A stretch of DNA of 64,000 bases from Catajapyx aquilonaris. Taxonomy: Eukaryota. The stretch is taken from NCBI GenBank assembly GCA_000934665.2, contig KZ538063.1, positions 124,001 to 188,000 on the forward strand, in the 5' to 3' direction. Below the pieces are notes generated by a model. The model was not told the DNA's origin. It made no database searches and worked only from the letters and a program-made list of their open reading frames with translations. Below are positions 63,197-64,000 of the stretch, one piece after another. Every line of letters begins with the position of its first letter. Position 1 is the first letter of the stretch. Made by a program: the position numbers and the translations under genes.

Positions 63197-64000
63197 TCTT
63201 ACGTACGGAGTCATGCAGGGTATTACCTGACCTAACCAGGAAAAGAAAAATGCAGAGAGAGGCGAGAAGTCCACCCACCCGACTCCAGGGGACTAATGAT
63301 CCGGACTTTGAACCGGCGATTACGTTATAACGTGTCCGGACACTTCCTATACGAGCAACCGAGGGGGGGGTTATGACAGTGTGGTGGGGCCCGCCCATGT
63401 TCGTGGCCATACCTGGTCACGACAGGTTGAATCACTTTTGTCTTACCTAATAATAAGCATCTCGATACCCCGATTTTTTTTCCCCTCACTCTCTTCCTAC
63501 TATTGGCTAGCTTGTCCTAAATCTCCATCGCGTGAGGCAGACAATCGCTCGCGTTTATTTTCATTCCTTTTTTTTTATTTGATTCAACTACACTTGCTAC
63601 ACTTTGGATAACCAAATGAATGTTGTCAGTTGCACGAAACCTATTTTATGGCTGACTCAACCTGCCTGAGCGCATCACCCGCGCTTACATCATGCAAAAC
63701 ATTGGTCATTATTTTGCAGCAAGTCCGGCAATTAGGGTAATTAATCGGTCGCAAGCTCTTTGCTACCAGAGTTTTTTTTTTTTTTTTTTGCGGACACAAA
63801 ATCGGACCAGTTGCCGTTCATTCCTAAAGCAGTTGTCATCATCAATCTGGGACCAGGTTTTAACCTCTCTGTTGTAACGCAAAACCGTCAGAATTTTGCG
63901 GAATACAATTTGCTCGCGAGTTAGCCAGAGAATTGGGTGCGACTCGCTGTGTAAGAGGACGTTTTTCGCAAGTTTTTGAAAGCGATTCATCACACTTACA

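Noticed and set aside
63222..63260. Second possible ratchet point (minus strand polyY-TAG|GTCAGG at 63232/63231)
   Set aside because: The regenerated donor is weak compared with GTAAGT; not supportable without RNA data.

Overview
Animal (almost certainly arthropod) genomic DNA, not prokaryotic. The only securely coding sequence is one 211-nt minus-strand exon (8344-8554, AG/GT flanked, phase 0 to 1) encoding most of Ig domain 1 of a Dpr-family neuronal immunoglobulin protein (dpr6/dpr10-like). I found neither neighbouring exon, so the rest appears to be very long intron. That intron has a strong minus-strand recursive-splice candidate (polyY-CAG|GTAAGT at 30756/30755) and a possible small three-exon nested gene (61517-61018). 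It also shows a roughly 2-3 kb alternation of GC-rich islands (poly-G/C tracts, CCGGA and AAAATGGC words) with AT-rich degenerate tandem arrays. About 16 copies of an unclassified ~150-170 bp repeat (family A) carry a CTCF-like TAGATGGCG core and fall in same-orientation blocks. Many MITE/foldback elements are present (TA-flanked Tc1/mariner types, one P-like with an 8-bp TSD, one tiny piggyBac-like), plus tRNA-derived SINE remnants. All analysis was by eye. Array and degenerate-copy boundaries are approximate, and family names A-I are my own labels.
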